This document shows, in pieces, positions 20,394 through 32,199 of a stretch of DNA of 35,303 bases (its first letter is position 1; each line of letters starts with the position of its first letter). A program made the position numbers and the translations under genes. Below the pieces are notes generated by a model. It was not told the origin of the DNA. It was given only the letters and a program-made list of their open reading frames with translations, and searched no databases. Source of the stretch: Octopus bimaculoides (taxonomy: Eukaryota). Location: positions 40,585,805-40,621,107 of the forward strand of contig NC_068992.1 in the NCBI RefSeq assembly GCF_001194135.2, written 5' to 3'.

Positions 20394-22011
20394 ATCCCTT
20401 AATATTTATTAACAGAACTCCTTTATTATGCTGCATCCAGAGGTACCTTCGTGTATTTAGTACCTTCTAGTGATATCTTAAGTGTTTCAGAAATAGTACC
20501 TGAGGTACTATCCCCAGCAACGAACGGCACTGAGACGGCAATTCAATGATTTGTATGTCAATGCTTGATGGCCAACACAGTTATCCCTGAGCAATGCACT
20601 CGTCCTGCATGACTACCCAGCTGTCCAGAATGAAATAACAAGAAGCGGTGGCGTTGTTCTTGCCCATTCACCTTCTGTACATTGGTTGTGCAACATGGAT
20701 TCTTTATAAGAAATTATCAGATTTCAGTATTGTCGCTTCTAGTTAATTTACTTTCATTTTTTTAAAACCCTTAAACTGCATGTTACCCAAATTTTCATAG
20801 AAATTACTAAAGAAAGCGAGGACTTAAATAACGAAATTATTTGATGAGTTGGTACATCGTCAGCCATATTTTCTGTTCAAGAAAAGACGTACAATGTATT
20901 ATTTTCCCGATTTTTGAAAATGTATATAAAATATAAATATTTGACCTGATTTAAATATTTTAATTCTAATAGAAGTCATATCTCAAAACAACTAGAGCTT
21001 CACCTAGCGTCTCTTTGTGAGCTCACATTTAACAAGGAGTCGTTTCTGCCCAGGCTAAGACTCAACGTTCTATATACACAACGACCTTGAACTTCAGTAG
21101 AGCTATGGCCTTGAACTTAAGCACTGAATTATACTTCCTGCACTCTTTAACCCCAAGACAAAAATATGTTTAAATATATTTATGCATATTATATTCTATC
21201 CCACTTTCATGCTATCAGTTATCTTTCTCTTTGGAACCACTTCCTTTACCACCCACCTTGATCTCTTTACATCATCCTTCACCACTTTATTTCCACTGAA
21301 CGCCCTCTCATTTCTGCCATCGACTATCCCCCACTATGTGCCTGAGGAAAATTTAGCTGCTATTTCTTGAACGTAAGCGATCGTATAGAGATCGGGTACA
21401 GCAGTTAGTCTTTGGCTGTGAATAAAGAGCATACAAACTGCTAATGAATACACACAAAGTGCTTATGAGTCGATTACATATCTCCATTATAGTTTATTTA
21501 TTTTCTTAAAACTTTCTAACTCTTCTCACATTAAACCATTTTTTGTCACTTTATTTCTTTTGAAACATATTGTATTTGTCTTAATTAATTTTGAAGATAA
21601 AAAAAAAACAAGTAAAATAAACTAGCGTGCGCAACATAAATTAACGTGGAATTTTGATAGAGGGTTTCTATTTAGATGACTTGAAAGCATAAAGTTCGTG
21701 TTTCGGGTGGGTTGGTATCAAAATGGTTGAAGCCAGCAGAAAAAAGAACATGGTCAAGCCCAAAGGCTTTTTTATTCGTTCCATATTGCTTTGAGGTCGG
21801 TTAAATGACCAAATTCGTTAGAGCAGGCAGAGACAGCCTTTTTCGAAAATCGAGCCGCACGAAGCATGACACATCGTCAGACGGGTCGCACTACTAAAAT
21901 GTATTCAAAGTAATTTTTAGTTAGGGGCGCCATTCAGAAAGTCCTGCGGGATGCAATTTGCCTACGACTGGTTAGTTTCGTACGAAATACCTTGCAATAT
22001 TTGATAACACC

Positions 22012-22176
22012 TTTAGGACAATGCGCTGGCAGAATCGTTTGCACCACAGGCAAAGTGCTTAGCGGCATTTCGTCTGTCTTTTCGTTCTGAGTTCAAATTC
22101 TGCCGAGGTCGATATTGCCTTTCATCCTCTTGGAGTCGATGTAATCGACTTTCCTCCTCCCTGAAATTATTGGTCT
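22012..22176 (+). mobile_element. SINE family A interrupted near its 3' end; the remainder lies at 24232-24260
   Basis: Left part ends ...aattattggtct; right part gtcttatgtcgaaatttgaaaccgat resumes the family 3' end (compare ggccttgtaccaaaatttgaagcg at ~7290). Confidence 0.8.
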
Positions 22177-24231
22177 TATAGGAAAGTTGGTTATACATCA
22201 TTAGATGTATACCTGACTTTCCTATATAAAATTAGAAATTAAACGGAACGCTGAACTCCAGACTATCAACTTAAACAACATTTATTCAGGTGGTAAATAT
22301 ATACATCTTTAGCTCTTGTTTGTTGTTACAGCTTCTGTGTGTGTGAGCATAGTTGTTAGGACGTTGGTATGTAGATGTAAGCGAGTTGTCGAGTGTAAGT
22401 CCGAAAGATGGAGAGTGACAGCTAAACACGTCCATGCTCAATCGCTGGCCAGCAAGAAAGAGACAGAATGAAGCGGGAAAGCTTGCTTGTTGAATTCCAC
22501 GCATGCGCACGGCGTTACTACAGGGCTCCCTTGCCAGTGCGGAAACGCACGATAATATGAAATCTGTTGGAACGCCTGAGGCAGGATGGCCACCGAAACC
22601 ACCCACAAGATGTGGTACGAACACACACAAAGAAAAATCAAAGAAATGAATGTACACTTGTGAGATACATGCATGCAATGTACAAATGAAATGACAATGA
22701 CAAAACAACCGTGATGACAACTGTCCAGGAAACTGGAATCACGCGATGTAAAAGTCTGATTGTTTGTTTTCCCTGAAAGGAAAGAAAATATATGAGTGCA
22801 CTAGTGTGTGTGTGAGAAAAAACACAGAACATAGTAAAAGTGTCTGTAGTATAGACTGCGAAAAGCCCCAAAACACTGAGATGGAGAAAACCAGTTCGTA
22901 TTAAAATTCCACAAGGAGATAGAATGTCTGTACTCAGGAAGTCGTGGTCAGTTGTGATCGGTTACCTGGTACGGAATATTCAATTCGGCTAGCTCTTACT
23001 GTTGTGCGTGAGTGGATAAATTCCACTCCACAGTGAAGANNNNNNNNNNNNNNNNNNNNNNNNNNNNNNNNNNNNNNNNNNNNNNNNNNNNNNNNNNNNN
23101 NNNNNNNNNNNNNNNNNNNNNNNNNNNNNNNNNNNNNNNNNNNNNNNNNNNNNNNNNNNNNNNNNNNNNNNNNNNNNNNNNNNNNNNNNNNNNNNNNNNN
23201 NNNNNNNNNNNNNNNNNNNNNNNNNNNNNNNNNNNNNNNNNNNNNNNNNNNNNNNNNNNNNNNNNNNNNNNNNNNNNNNNNNNNNNNNNNNNNNNNNNNN
23301 NNNNNNNNNNNNNNNNNNNNNNNNNNNNNNNNNNNNNNNNNNNNNNNNNNNNNNNNNNNNNNNNNNNNNNNNNNNNNNNNNNNNNNNNNNNNNNNNNNNN
23401 NNNNNNNNNNNNNNNNNNNNNNNNNNNNNNNNNNNNNNNNNNNNNNNNNNNNNNNNNNNNNNNNNNNNNNNNNNNNNNNNNNNNNNNNNNNNNNNNNNNN
23501 NNNNNNNNNNNNNNNNNNNNNNNNNNNNNNNNNNNNNNNNNNNNNNNNNNNNNNNNNNNNNNNNNNNNNNNNNNNNNNNNNNNNNNNNNNNNNNNNNNNN
23601 NNNNNNNNNNNNNNNNNNNNNNNNNNNNNNNNNNNNNNNNNNNNNNNNNNNNNNNNNNNNNNNNNNNNNNNNNNNNNNNNNNNNNNNNNNNNNNNNNNNN
23701 NNNNNNNNNNNNNNNNNNNNNNNNNNNNNNNNNNNNNNNNNNNNNNNNNNNNNNNNNNNNNNNNNNNNNNNNNNNNNNNNNNNNNNNNNNNNNNNNNNNN
23801 NNNNNNNNNNNNNNNNNNNNNNNNNNNNNNNNNNNNNNNNNNNNNNNNNNNNNNNNNNNNNNNNNNNNNNNNNNNNNNNNNNNNNNNNNNNNATTAGATG
23901 TATACCTGACTTTCCTATATAAAATTAGAAATTAAACGGAACGCTGAACTCCAGACTATCAACTTAAACAACATTTATTCAGGTGGTAAATATATACATC
24001 TTTAGCTCTTGTTTGTTGTTACAGCTTCTGTGTGTGTGAGCATTGTTGTTGGGACGTTGGTGTGTAGATGTAAGCGAGCTGTCTAGCGTAAGTTCGAGAG
24101 ATGGTGAGAGACAGCTAAACACGTCCATGCTCAATCGCTGGCCAGCAAGAAAGAGACAGAATGAAGCGGGAAAGCTTGCTTGTTGAATTCCACGCATGCG
24201 TGAGACTACGCATGCGCACGGCGTTACTATA
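22177..24231 (-). mobile_element. ~2.05-kb non-autonomous LTR-like element (direct repeats 22177-22522 and 23893-24231; internal part largely in gap 23040-23892)
   Basis: Two ~330-345 bp direct repeats, a few percent diverged. The minus-strand repeat starts TGTAGT or TATAGT and has a TATATA box then AATAAA. Outer termini are TATAG...CTATA. Flanking duplication gtct (extendable to gtcttat). No coding domain visible. Confidence 0.65.
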
Positions 24232-25689
24232 GTCTTATGTCGAAATTTGAAACCGATATTTAATAACAGCGCCAGAAGGATGGGAAGCGAAATTATCAAT
24301 GTTCACTTCACCTCTCATCCTTCTGGAGTCGGTAAAATAAAACATCAAGTACTGAATTAATTTATATTTCTATAATGTATCGCAGATGTGAATAGAATCA
24401 TAACGGAAGAATAATTTAAATCTTGTCGCTAATGACGTTAGTTTGCATCCTTGTAATGAATAATATCTTCCTAACCAAAAGAGATCAATATATTTGTTGC
24501 TTATTAGCCCCAGATTATGTATCGATCGATTAGGCTTGTAACGGAGTTGCACGAGGTCACTACAGGCTCATGATCAAAAGCCAAAGAGCAATTATCAGAA
24601 ATAATCAGATTACGAGAAGACTCCATGTTTTGGGGGTTTAAATTCGTCTGTCTACATTTCTCCTTCAAATTTTCCGTCTGGGTTTTTCATTGAAATAAAT
24701 TAGTAATGACGTATTAACGAAGAATTCGCAGATAACTTTTAATTTTTATAAACAAAATTAAACATAGTTTTGCTTTGTCATCAAAGAATATCTGAATTCA
24801 TGGCTCACTGTTTATAATTCAAAGTACGCTAATATTGATCTGAGAAATCAATATCGTGTTAAGAACGAACAGGTTTGGTGATCAATTAAGGGACGAAAAA
24901 CAGGTTTGGTGATAATTGTCAAGGAACGAAACTATCAGCCCTTGAGTCAGTTTGTAACACGGACATGAATTCATTCAGGGGAGGCCACTCTACTCTAATT
25001 GTAATCAAAGATGGCAACTAAAAGACTGTTATAATCAAATTGAATAACTCGTTGCCAGTGATGTTGTTGCGCAGCCTGAAATCGTCACGATTGAGCAGGC
25101 CTATAATCAAAAGCATTCCAAACTTGACCACCTCGTAGGTTTTTTTTTTCAGGACTTAGTTATTGAATGTATCTTCATTATTTTAAAAATGATATGAAGT
25201 GTATTGATAAGCCTGAGAGACCTCGCAGAGGCTTCCTAGCGAACACTACTGTAAACAAACGCGTGGAGCTGTTTACACTAGAGTTTGGGCTCATTCTTGG
25301 GTTCTTTTGACGACGAATCTTGGGATAATCACACACACAAACACCTTAACGAAAGAAGTTACGCGTAAAATATCGTGCCAAATCCGAGATTTGAGGAATC
25401 TCATTGACCGGTGCCAGATGGAACGTATATTCTTCAAACACCTAGCTATTTTCTTTTTCTTTTTCTTTTTTTTACCGTTTAGTCTGGTGACCCTAACCGC
25501 TCTATTTTTTTTCAGAAGGGCATCCAATACTGATGAGAAGGGAGGAAGTTATCCCCAAACCGGTGACCTGTCTCAAGCGTTTGTAACTGAATGGAGTTCA
25601 TTATAGGTACCCAAACTGTCAATAGTGGGTGGGTTTAAAGAGAAACATCAATGAAATCTAACAGCCAAACTCTCACAAATCTCAGAACC

Positions 25690-25850
25690 AGATATAATGG
25701 TTTCAAATTTTGTCACAAGGCCAGTAATTTTAGAGGGAGGGAATAAGTCAATGACATTGGCAACAGTACTTGGTTGGAATTTATTTTACTAACCCTGAAA
25801 GGATGAATGGCAATGTTGGCCTCGGTAGGGATTTGACACATTAAGAATTC
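25690..25850 (-). mobile_element. degenerate SINE family A
   Basis: ttttgtcacaaggccagtaatttt..accctgaaaggatgaatggcaa..cctcggtaggg. Confidence 0.7.
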
Positions 25851-25984
25851 TACCATCCTATAATACCATCAGTAATCTCAATACTCTGACTATTTTACCA
25901 ATCAGTCATCTTGTGCTGATGTTTTATTTATCAATCACACAATAAAGTGCTTTTCTGTTTGAGGTCAGAGAATATTCCCCTCAT

Positions 25985-26146
25985 AGGTGCAGGAGGCATG
26001 GCCATGTGGTAAGAAGCTTGCTTCCCAGCCACATGGTTCTTGGTTCAGTCCCACTGCGTAGCACCTTGGTCAAGTATCTTCTACTATAACCTTAAGTTGA
26101 CCAGAACCTTGTGAGTGGATTTCATAGATGAAAACTAAAAGAAGCC

Positions 26147-26185
<39 letters not shown>

Positions 26186-26724
26186 GCTGTGTGGTAGGTG
26201 GCTTGCTTACCAGCTGCATAGTTCTGGGTTTGGTCCCACTGTGTGACACCTTGGGCAAGTGTCTTCTGTTATAGTCGCAGGCTGACCAAAGCCTTGTGAG
26301 TGGATTTGGTAGACAGAAACTGAAGGAAGTCCATCATGTATATATATATGTGTGTGGTGTGTGTTTATGTGTTTGTCCCATCATCATTGCTTGACAACCG
26401 ATGTTGGTGTGTTTACACCTGTACTTAGTGGTTCAGCAAAAAAGATGATAGAATAAGTACTAGGCTTACAAAGAATAAGCCCTGGGGTTGATTTGTTCGA
26501 CTGAAGGTGGTGCTCCAGCATGGCTGCAGTCAAATGACTGAAGCAAGTAAAAGAATAAAAGAGAATATATTAATGGTGGTGTGGTAAGAAGCTTGCTTCC
26601 CAACCACATGAAACTGGGTTCAGTCCTACAGTGTGACACCCTGGGCATGTGTCTTTTACTATAGCCTTGGACTGTCCAGATCCTTGTGGCATGATTTGGT
26701 TGATGGAAACTGATAGAAGCCCGT

Positions 26725-26775
<51 letters not shown>

Positions 26776-26988
26776 ACGTGTGTGTATCTGTGTTTGTCTC
26801 CCCCCTCTCCCTACCACTTGGCAATTGTTGCTGGTGTGTTTACACCCCTGTAACTTAGTGGTTTGGCAAAAGAGATCGATAGAATAAGTACCAGGCTTTA
26901 AACTGAGGTTGATTCATTCAACTAAAACAAATTCTTCAAACTGGTGCCCCACCATGGCCCCAGTCTAATGACTGAAACAAGTTAAAAG
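25985..26988 (+). mobile_element. three head-to-tail SINE family B copies (~25985-26180, 26181-26560, 26575-26988)
   Basis: Repeated gtgtggtaagaagcttgcttccca...ggttcagtccc..accttgggcaagtgtctt heads, each followed by a (TA)n tract. Copies 2 and 3 have complete 3' bodies. Confidence 0.85.
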
Positions 26989-27094
26989 AATCCCAACACC
27001 TGCCGATTCTCCAAGGCCCAATTGAAACCCAAAATAGGGTCTTGTTCTCACAAAGGGAACAGAGAAGCTTTTACGCATACAAACATCAACCACA

Positions 27095-28295
27095 TTTGGA
27101 TGGTGCTTTTTACATGCCACCGGCACGGGGAGCCAGTCAGGCGGCACAGGCAACACAGTCAGGCAGCACTAGCAACAAAGTCAGGCGGCACAGGCAACAC
27201 AGTCAGGCAGCACTAGCAACAAAGTCAGGCGGCACTATTAGATACATTTTATCATCTAAGCATCAGCACTAATGAGGTTGCTTNNNNNNNNNNNNNNNNN
27301 NNNNNNNNNNNNNNNNNNNNNNNNNNNNNNNNNNNNNNNNNNNNNNNNNNNNNNNNNNNNNNNNNNNNNNNNNNNNNNNNNNNNNNNNNNNNNNNNNNNN
27401 NNNNNNNNNNNNNNNNNNNNNNNNNNNNNNNNNNNNNNNNNNNNNNNNNNNNNNNNNNNNNNNNNNNNNNNNNNNNNNNNNNNNNNNNNNNNNNNNNNNN
27501 NNNNNNNNNNNNNNNNNNNNNNNNNNNNNNNNNNNNNNNNNNNNNNNNNNNNNNNNNNNNNNNNNNNNNNNNNNNNNNNNNNNNNNNNNNNNNNNNNNNN
27601 NNNNNNNNNNNNNNNNNNNNNNNNNNNNNNNNNNNNNNNNNNNNNNNNNNNNNNNNNNNNNNNNNNNNNNNNNNNNNNNNNNNNNNNNNNNNNNNNNNNN
27701 NNNNNNNNNNNNNNNNNNNNNNNNNNNNNNNNNNNNNNNNNNNNNNNNNNNNNNNNNNNNNNNNNNNNNNNNNNNNNNNNNNNNNNNNNNNNNNNNNNNN
27801 NNNNNNNNNNNNNNNNNNNNNNNNNNNNNNNNNNNNNNNNNNNNNNNNNNNNNNNNNNNNNNNNNNNNNNNNNNNNNNNNNNNNNNNNNNNNNNNNNNNN
27901 NNNNNNNNNNNNNNNNNNNNNNNNNNNNNNNNNNNNNNNNNNNNNNNNNNNNNNNNNNNNNNNNNNNTACTGCCAATGGCCATGCTCAACATGGTGTTTT
28001 TACGTGTCACCTGCACAGGAGCCAGTCCAGCGGCACTGGCAACGCCCTCGCTCGAATGTTGTTTCTCACGTACCACCGGTACAAGTGCCAGTAAGGCGAT
28101 GCTGGTAACGATCACGCTCAAATGGTGCTTTTTACATGCCACCGGCACGGGGGCCAGTCAGTGGCCATGGCAACAATCATGCTCGGATAGTGCTCTTGGC
28201 GCTTCACCAGCACGGATGCCAGTCATGCGGTGCTGTCATCGAATTTGATTTCGATTTCACTTGCCTCAACAGGTCTTCATAAGCAGAGTATTTGT
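27095..28295 (-). mobile_element. RTE-LINE 3'-UTR (family C) fragments around gap 27284-27967
   Basis: ggtgcttttacatgccaccggcacggg..gccagtca and gtcttcataagcagag blocks match 34570-34910. Confidence 0.75.
27135..27235. repeat. 44-bp (2 x 22-bp) higher-order minisatellite
   Basis: agtcaggcggcacaggcaacac+agtcaggcagcactagcaacaa repeated exactly twice, plus a partial copy. Confidence 0.9.
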
Positions 28296-28431
28296 ATGTT
28301 GAAAAATATGGTATTGACGAAACGAGGATTGTATATTGAATAAATAAATATATTTTTTTGCAGTCATAGAACCTTCCAGATAATATCTCATTGAAATCTG
28401 ATGTAGCTTTTCTTTTCTTGTTTTCATTTAG

Positions 28432-28595
28432 GTCAAACTGTAATATCTACAGTTGAATGTTATGATCCTTACAATCGAACGTGGTCGCCTCGTGCAGATA
28501 TTCTATACCCAAGAAGTGCAGTTAGTGCAACTACTTTGAAATCACAAGAATACGCACGATATTTTACATTCTATGGGCAAAAAGACAACACATAA
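28432..28595 (+). CDS. KLHL10: KLHL10-like coding exon 4 (terminal, stop TAA 28593-28595)
   Basis: Acceptor cttttcttttcttgttttcatttAG. Encodes (G)QTVISTVECYDPYNRTWSPRADILYPRSAVSATTLKSQEYARYFTFYGQKDNT*, completing Kelch 6. Not in the ORF track because it has no in-frame start. Confidence 0.92.
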
Positions 28596-28847
28596 CAGAA
28601 ATGTATTCTGGTTACTTATGGGCATTTTTGCAGTTAACATGGCCATTGTGGTTGCCGTGGTCATCAAGGAAAACATTTTCTTCTTTGAGAATTCTTTGTT
28701 TTGTTTTTTAAATTAAAAAAAAATTGTTTTTCAATATTGAAAATGAAATGAAGAAACAAAAAGAAAAATATATTTTTGGAGAAAATATTTTACAAAACTG
28801 AAAGAGCAAATCAATGATTTAGAAGCATGTTTCACATCAAGTGAAAA

Positions 28848-28853
28848 AATAAA
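28848..28853 (+). other. candidate polyadenylation signal AATAAA for KLHL10
   Basis: First AATAAA noticed ~250 nt after the stop; lies in an A-rich tract, so weak evidence. Confidence 0.25.
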
Positions 28854-29597
28854 AAAAACATGCAAAAAAATTTAAAGACGGAAAAAATAACAGCAACAGT
28901 AATTAAACAACAATAGTGGTAAAGAAAAATTATTATAATAATAATTATTATTATTAATGAAACTGTAATAATAGTAACAAAAAATAACCTTTATTTAAAA
29001 TTACATTTCAATTTCTATTTTGTATTCACCTCGATAATATNNNNNNNNNNNNNNNNNNNNNNNNNNNNNNNNNNNNNNNNNNNNNNNNNNNNNNNNNNNN
29101 NNNNNNNNNNNNNNNNNNNNNNNNNNNNNNNNNNNNNNNNNNNNNNNNNNNNNNNNNNNNNNNNNNNNNNNNNNNNNNNNNNNNNNNNNNNNNNNNNNNN
29201 NNNNNNNNNNNNNNNNNNNNNNNNNNNNNNNNNNNNNNNNNNNNNNNNNNNNNNNNNNNNNNNNNNNNNNNNNNNNNNNNNNNNNNNNNNNNNNNNNNNN
29301 NNNNNNNNNNNNNNNNNNNNNNNNNNNNNNNNNNNNNNNNNNNNNNNNNNNNNNNNNNNNNNNNNNNNNNNNNNNNNNNNNNNNNNNNNTCTATCTATCT
29401 ATCTATCTATCTATACATATATATATGTATACACATACACACACATATATAAATATTCAAAATATGATTGAAAAGAAATATAAATGATTGAATAAACTAA
29501 ATAAATGAAAAAAATAAAAACGAAACAACAACAAAAGCACCAATGACAGTTTTTGTTTTTTTAATTAATTACTTAAAATAATTCAAAATTTAATTAC

Positions 29598-29623
29598 CTC
29601 AATATTTACTGAACTGAAAGGAT
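29598..29623 (-). other. candidate 26-nt micro-exon of an unidentified antisense gene
   Basis: Minus strand reads aaatattttcAG|ATCCTTTCAGTTCAGTAAATATTGAG|GTAATT. The only open frame is (x)PFSSVNIE, phase 1-0. Two nested alternative CAG acceptors lie inside. Confidence 0.25.
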
Positions 29624-30363
29624 CTGAAAATATTTTAGGAATTTAATTTTTAAAAATAAAACAAAAAAAAACAAAAAAAAAATCATTTATATAAAGACTT
29701 TACATAAAGACATTCTTGGCTGTGCATTTTTTTTTATTAAATTTTTTTCAAAAATTTGTTTTTTTAAATGGAAACCTCTTTCAATTAGACCTATCTACCT
29801 ACATATTTATATACATACTTGCATACGCACACACACATATGCACAAAATAAATACATAAAAATAATACAAAAACACTAAAGGAAAGAACACTGTTGATCA
29901 TAAAAAAAAAATAACGAAAATAAAATCAAAAAATACAGCACTCGCTTCGTTCAACCCCAGGTCATCTCCAATCCAGCAGACCATCATGTCTGTTATTCAG
30001 GCATAAATATATTTAGGACTACTATATTATTTATACATTGTGTCCTGCATTTTTTTTTTCTGTTGAAGATAATGGAGGTGTGATTTGAGGGAGATTTGTC
30101 TGCTGTTGCTAGCAGGTCGAATGACTATGCAGAGGATATCTCATCTGAGAGAAGCTGTGTGTCACTCTCATGATCATAATTACTCGATTAATTTAATTAA
30201 CTTTTTATATTGTGTCTAAATAAAAAAAATCATGCATATTCACTGATATTTTGCATTTATTCTTATTCATTCTTATTTATTCTTATTTATTATTTGTTTT
30301 ATAAAAGACGTGTTGTATTGCCCATGATACTTAAGGCAGGGAACTGACAGAATCATTGCCCCG

Positions 30364-30582
30364 TTAAAGGCGGTGAACTGGCAGAAACATTAGCACGTTG
30401 GGCAAAATGCTCAGCAGTATTTTGTCTGTCGTTACATTCTAAGTTCAAATTCTGCTGAAGTCCACTTTGCCATTAATCCTTTCGGGGTTGATAAATTAAG
30501 TACCAGTTGCATACTGGCGTCAATCTAATCGACTGGCCCCATCCCCAAAAATTTCGGGCCTTATGCCCAGAGTAGAAAAGAA
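30364..30582 (+). mobile_element. full-length SINE family A
   Basis: ggcggtgaactggcagaa...gagtagaaaagaat. Confidence 0.9.
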
Positions 30583-30584
30583 TG

Positions 30585-30627
<43 letters not shown>

Positions 30628-31774
30628 TTAATTATATGTATTTCTTCTATCTTAATGAATAAAAATTCTTCGGATAGAATAAATGGGTTAATAGAAACCA
30701 ATGTANNNNNNNNNNNNNNNNNNNNNNNNNNNNNNNNNNNNNNNNNNNNNNNNNNNNNNNNNNNNNNNNNNNNNNNNNNNNNNNNNNNNNNNNNNNNNNN
30801 NNNNNNNNNNNNNNNNNNNNNNNNNNNNNNNNNNNNNNNNNNNNNNNNNNNNNNNNNNNNNNNNNNNNNNNNNNNNNNNNNNNNNNNNNNNNNNNNNNNN
30901 NNNNNNNNNNNNNNNNNNNNNNNNNNNNNNNNNNNNNNNNNNNNNNNNNNNNNNNNNNNNNNNNNNNNNNNNNNNNNNNNNNNNNNNNNNNNNNNNNNNN
31001 NNNNNNNNNNNNNNNNNNNNNNNNNNNNNNNNNNNNNNNNNNNNNNNNNNNNNNNNNNNNNNNNNNNNNNNNNNNNNNNNNNNNNNNNNNNNNNNNNNNN
31101 NNNNNNNNNNNNNNNNNNNNNNNNNNNNNNNNNNNNNNNNNNNNNNNNNNNNNNNNNNNNNNNNNNNNNNNNNNNNNNNNNNNNNNNNNNNNNNNNNNNN
31201 NNNNNNNNNNNNNNNNNNNNNNNNNNNNNNNNNNNNNNNNNNNNNNNNNNNNNNNNNNNNNNNNNNNNNNNNNNNNNNNNNNNNNNNNNNNNNNNNNNNN
31301 NNNNNNNNNNNNNNNNNNNNNNNNNNNNNNNNNNNNNNNNNNNNNNNNNNNNNNNNNNNNNNNNNNNNNNNNNNNNNNNNNNNNNNNNNNNNNNNNNNNN
31401 NNNNNNNNNNNNNNNNNNNNNNNNNNNNNNNNNNNNNNNNNNNNNNNNNNNNNNNNNNNNNNNNNNNNNNNNNNNNNNNNNNNNNNNNNNNNNNNNNNNN
31501 NNNNNNNNNNNNNNNNNNNNNNNNNNNNNNNNNNNNNNNNNNNNNNNNNNNNNNNNNNNNNNNNNNNNNNNNNNNNNNNNNNNNNNNNNNNNNNNNNNNN
31601 NNNNNNNNNNNNNNNNNNNNNNNNNNNNNNNNNNNNNNNNNNNNNNNNNNNNNNNNNNNNNNNNNNNNNNNNNNCACTATCCGGTAGCGTCCAATTCTCT
31701 AACGGTTTTTTTCAAATGAATCACGCCATAACCTTATCCATCTATTGTTTTCATACTCGGTCATAATGTCTTAC

Positions 31775-31799
31775 ATTTAAGATGATTCCCATGCATTCC
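31775..31799 (-). other. candidate 25-nt micro-exon of an unidentified antisense gene
   Basis: Minus strand reads ttgtaaccttctcttcAG|GGAATGCATGGGAATCATCTTAAAT|GTAAGA. Open as GMHGNHLK or ECMGIILN. Confidence 0.28.
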
Positions 31800-31982
31800 C
31801 TGAAGAGAAGGTTACAATTTTAATATCACAGATTCCTATGGATCACATAGGTTGTAATCCTTTGAAACATATGTAGGAATAAAGTATGCAATTATAACAT
31901 GCGTTTTCTCCATTCCTTAAATTTATATATATATATATATATATGTATGTATATATAAATATATATGTATGTATATATAAAT

Positions 31983-32199
31983 AAAGGCAGAAAGCTGGCA
32001 GAAATGTTAGCACGCCAGGCGAAATGCTTAGCAGTATTTCGTCTGTCTATATGTTCTGAGTTCAAATTCCACCGAGGTCAACTTTGCCTTACATCTTTTG
32101 GGGACGATAAATTAAGTATCAGTTGCATACTGGCGTCGATCTAATCGACTGGTCCCGTCCCCAAAAATTTTGGGCCTTGTGCCTTGAGTAGAAAAGAAT
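31983..32199 (+). mobile_element. full-length SINE family A followed by an older SINE head fragment (to ~32245)
   Basis: Same family motifs as the other copies. Confidence 0.9.

Noticed and set aside
22638-22780. Hydrophobic minus-strand ORF after a strong acceptor inside the LTR-like element (env-like remnant?)
   Set aside because: Too short, no recognisable motif, and low-complexity composition.
25530-25565. CTGATGAG...GGGA/TCCC...CAAACCGGTG hammerhead-like string
   Set aside because: GAAA is CAAA, position 17 is G, and no stem I forms. At best a dead relic.
25997-26060. tRNA genes
   Set aside because: A- and B-box-like motifs belong to SINE heads; no cloverleaf or anticodon arm can be built.
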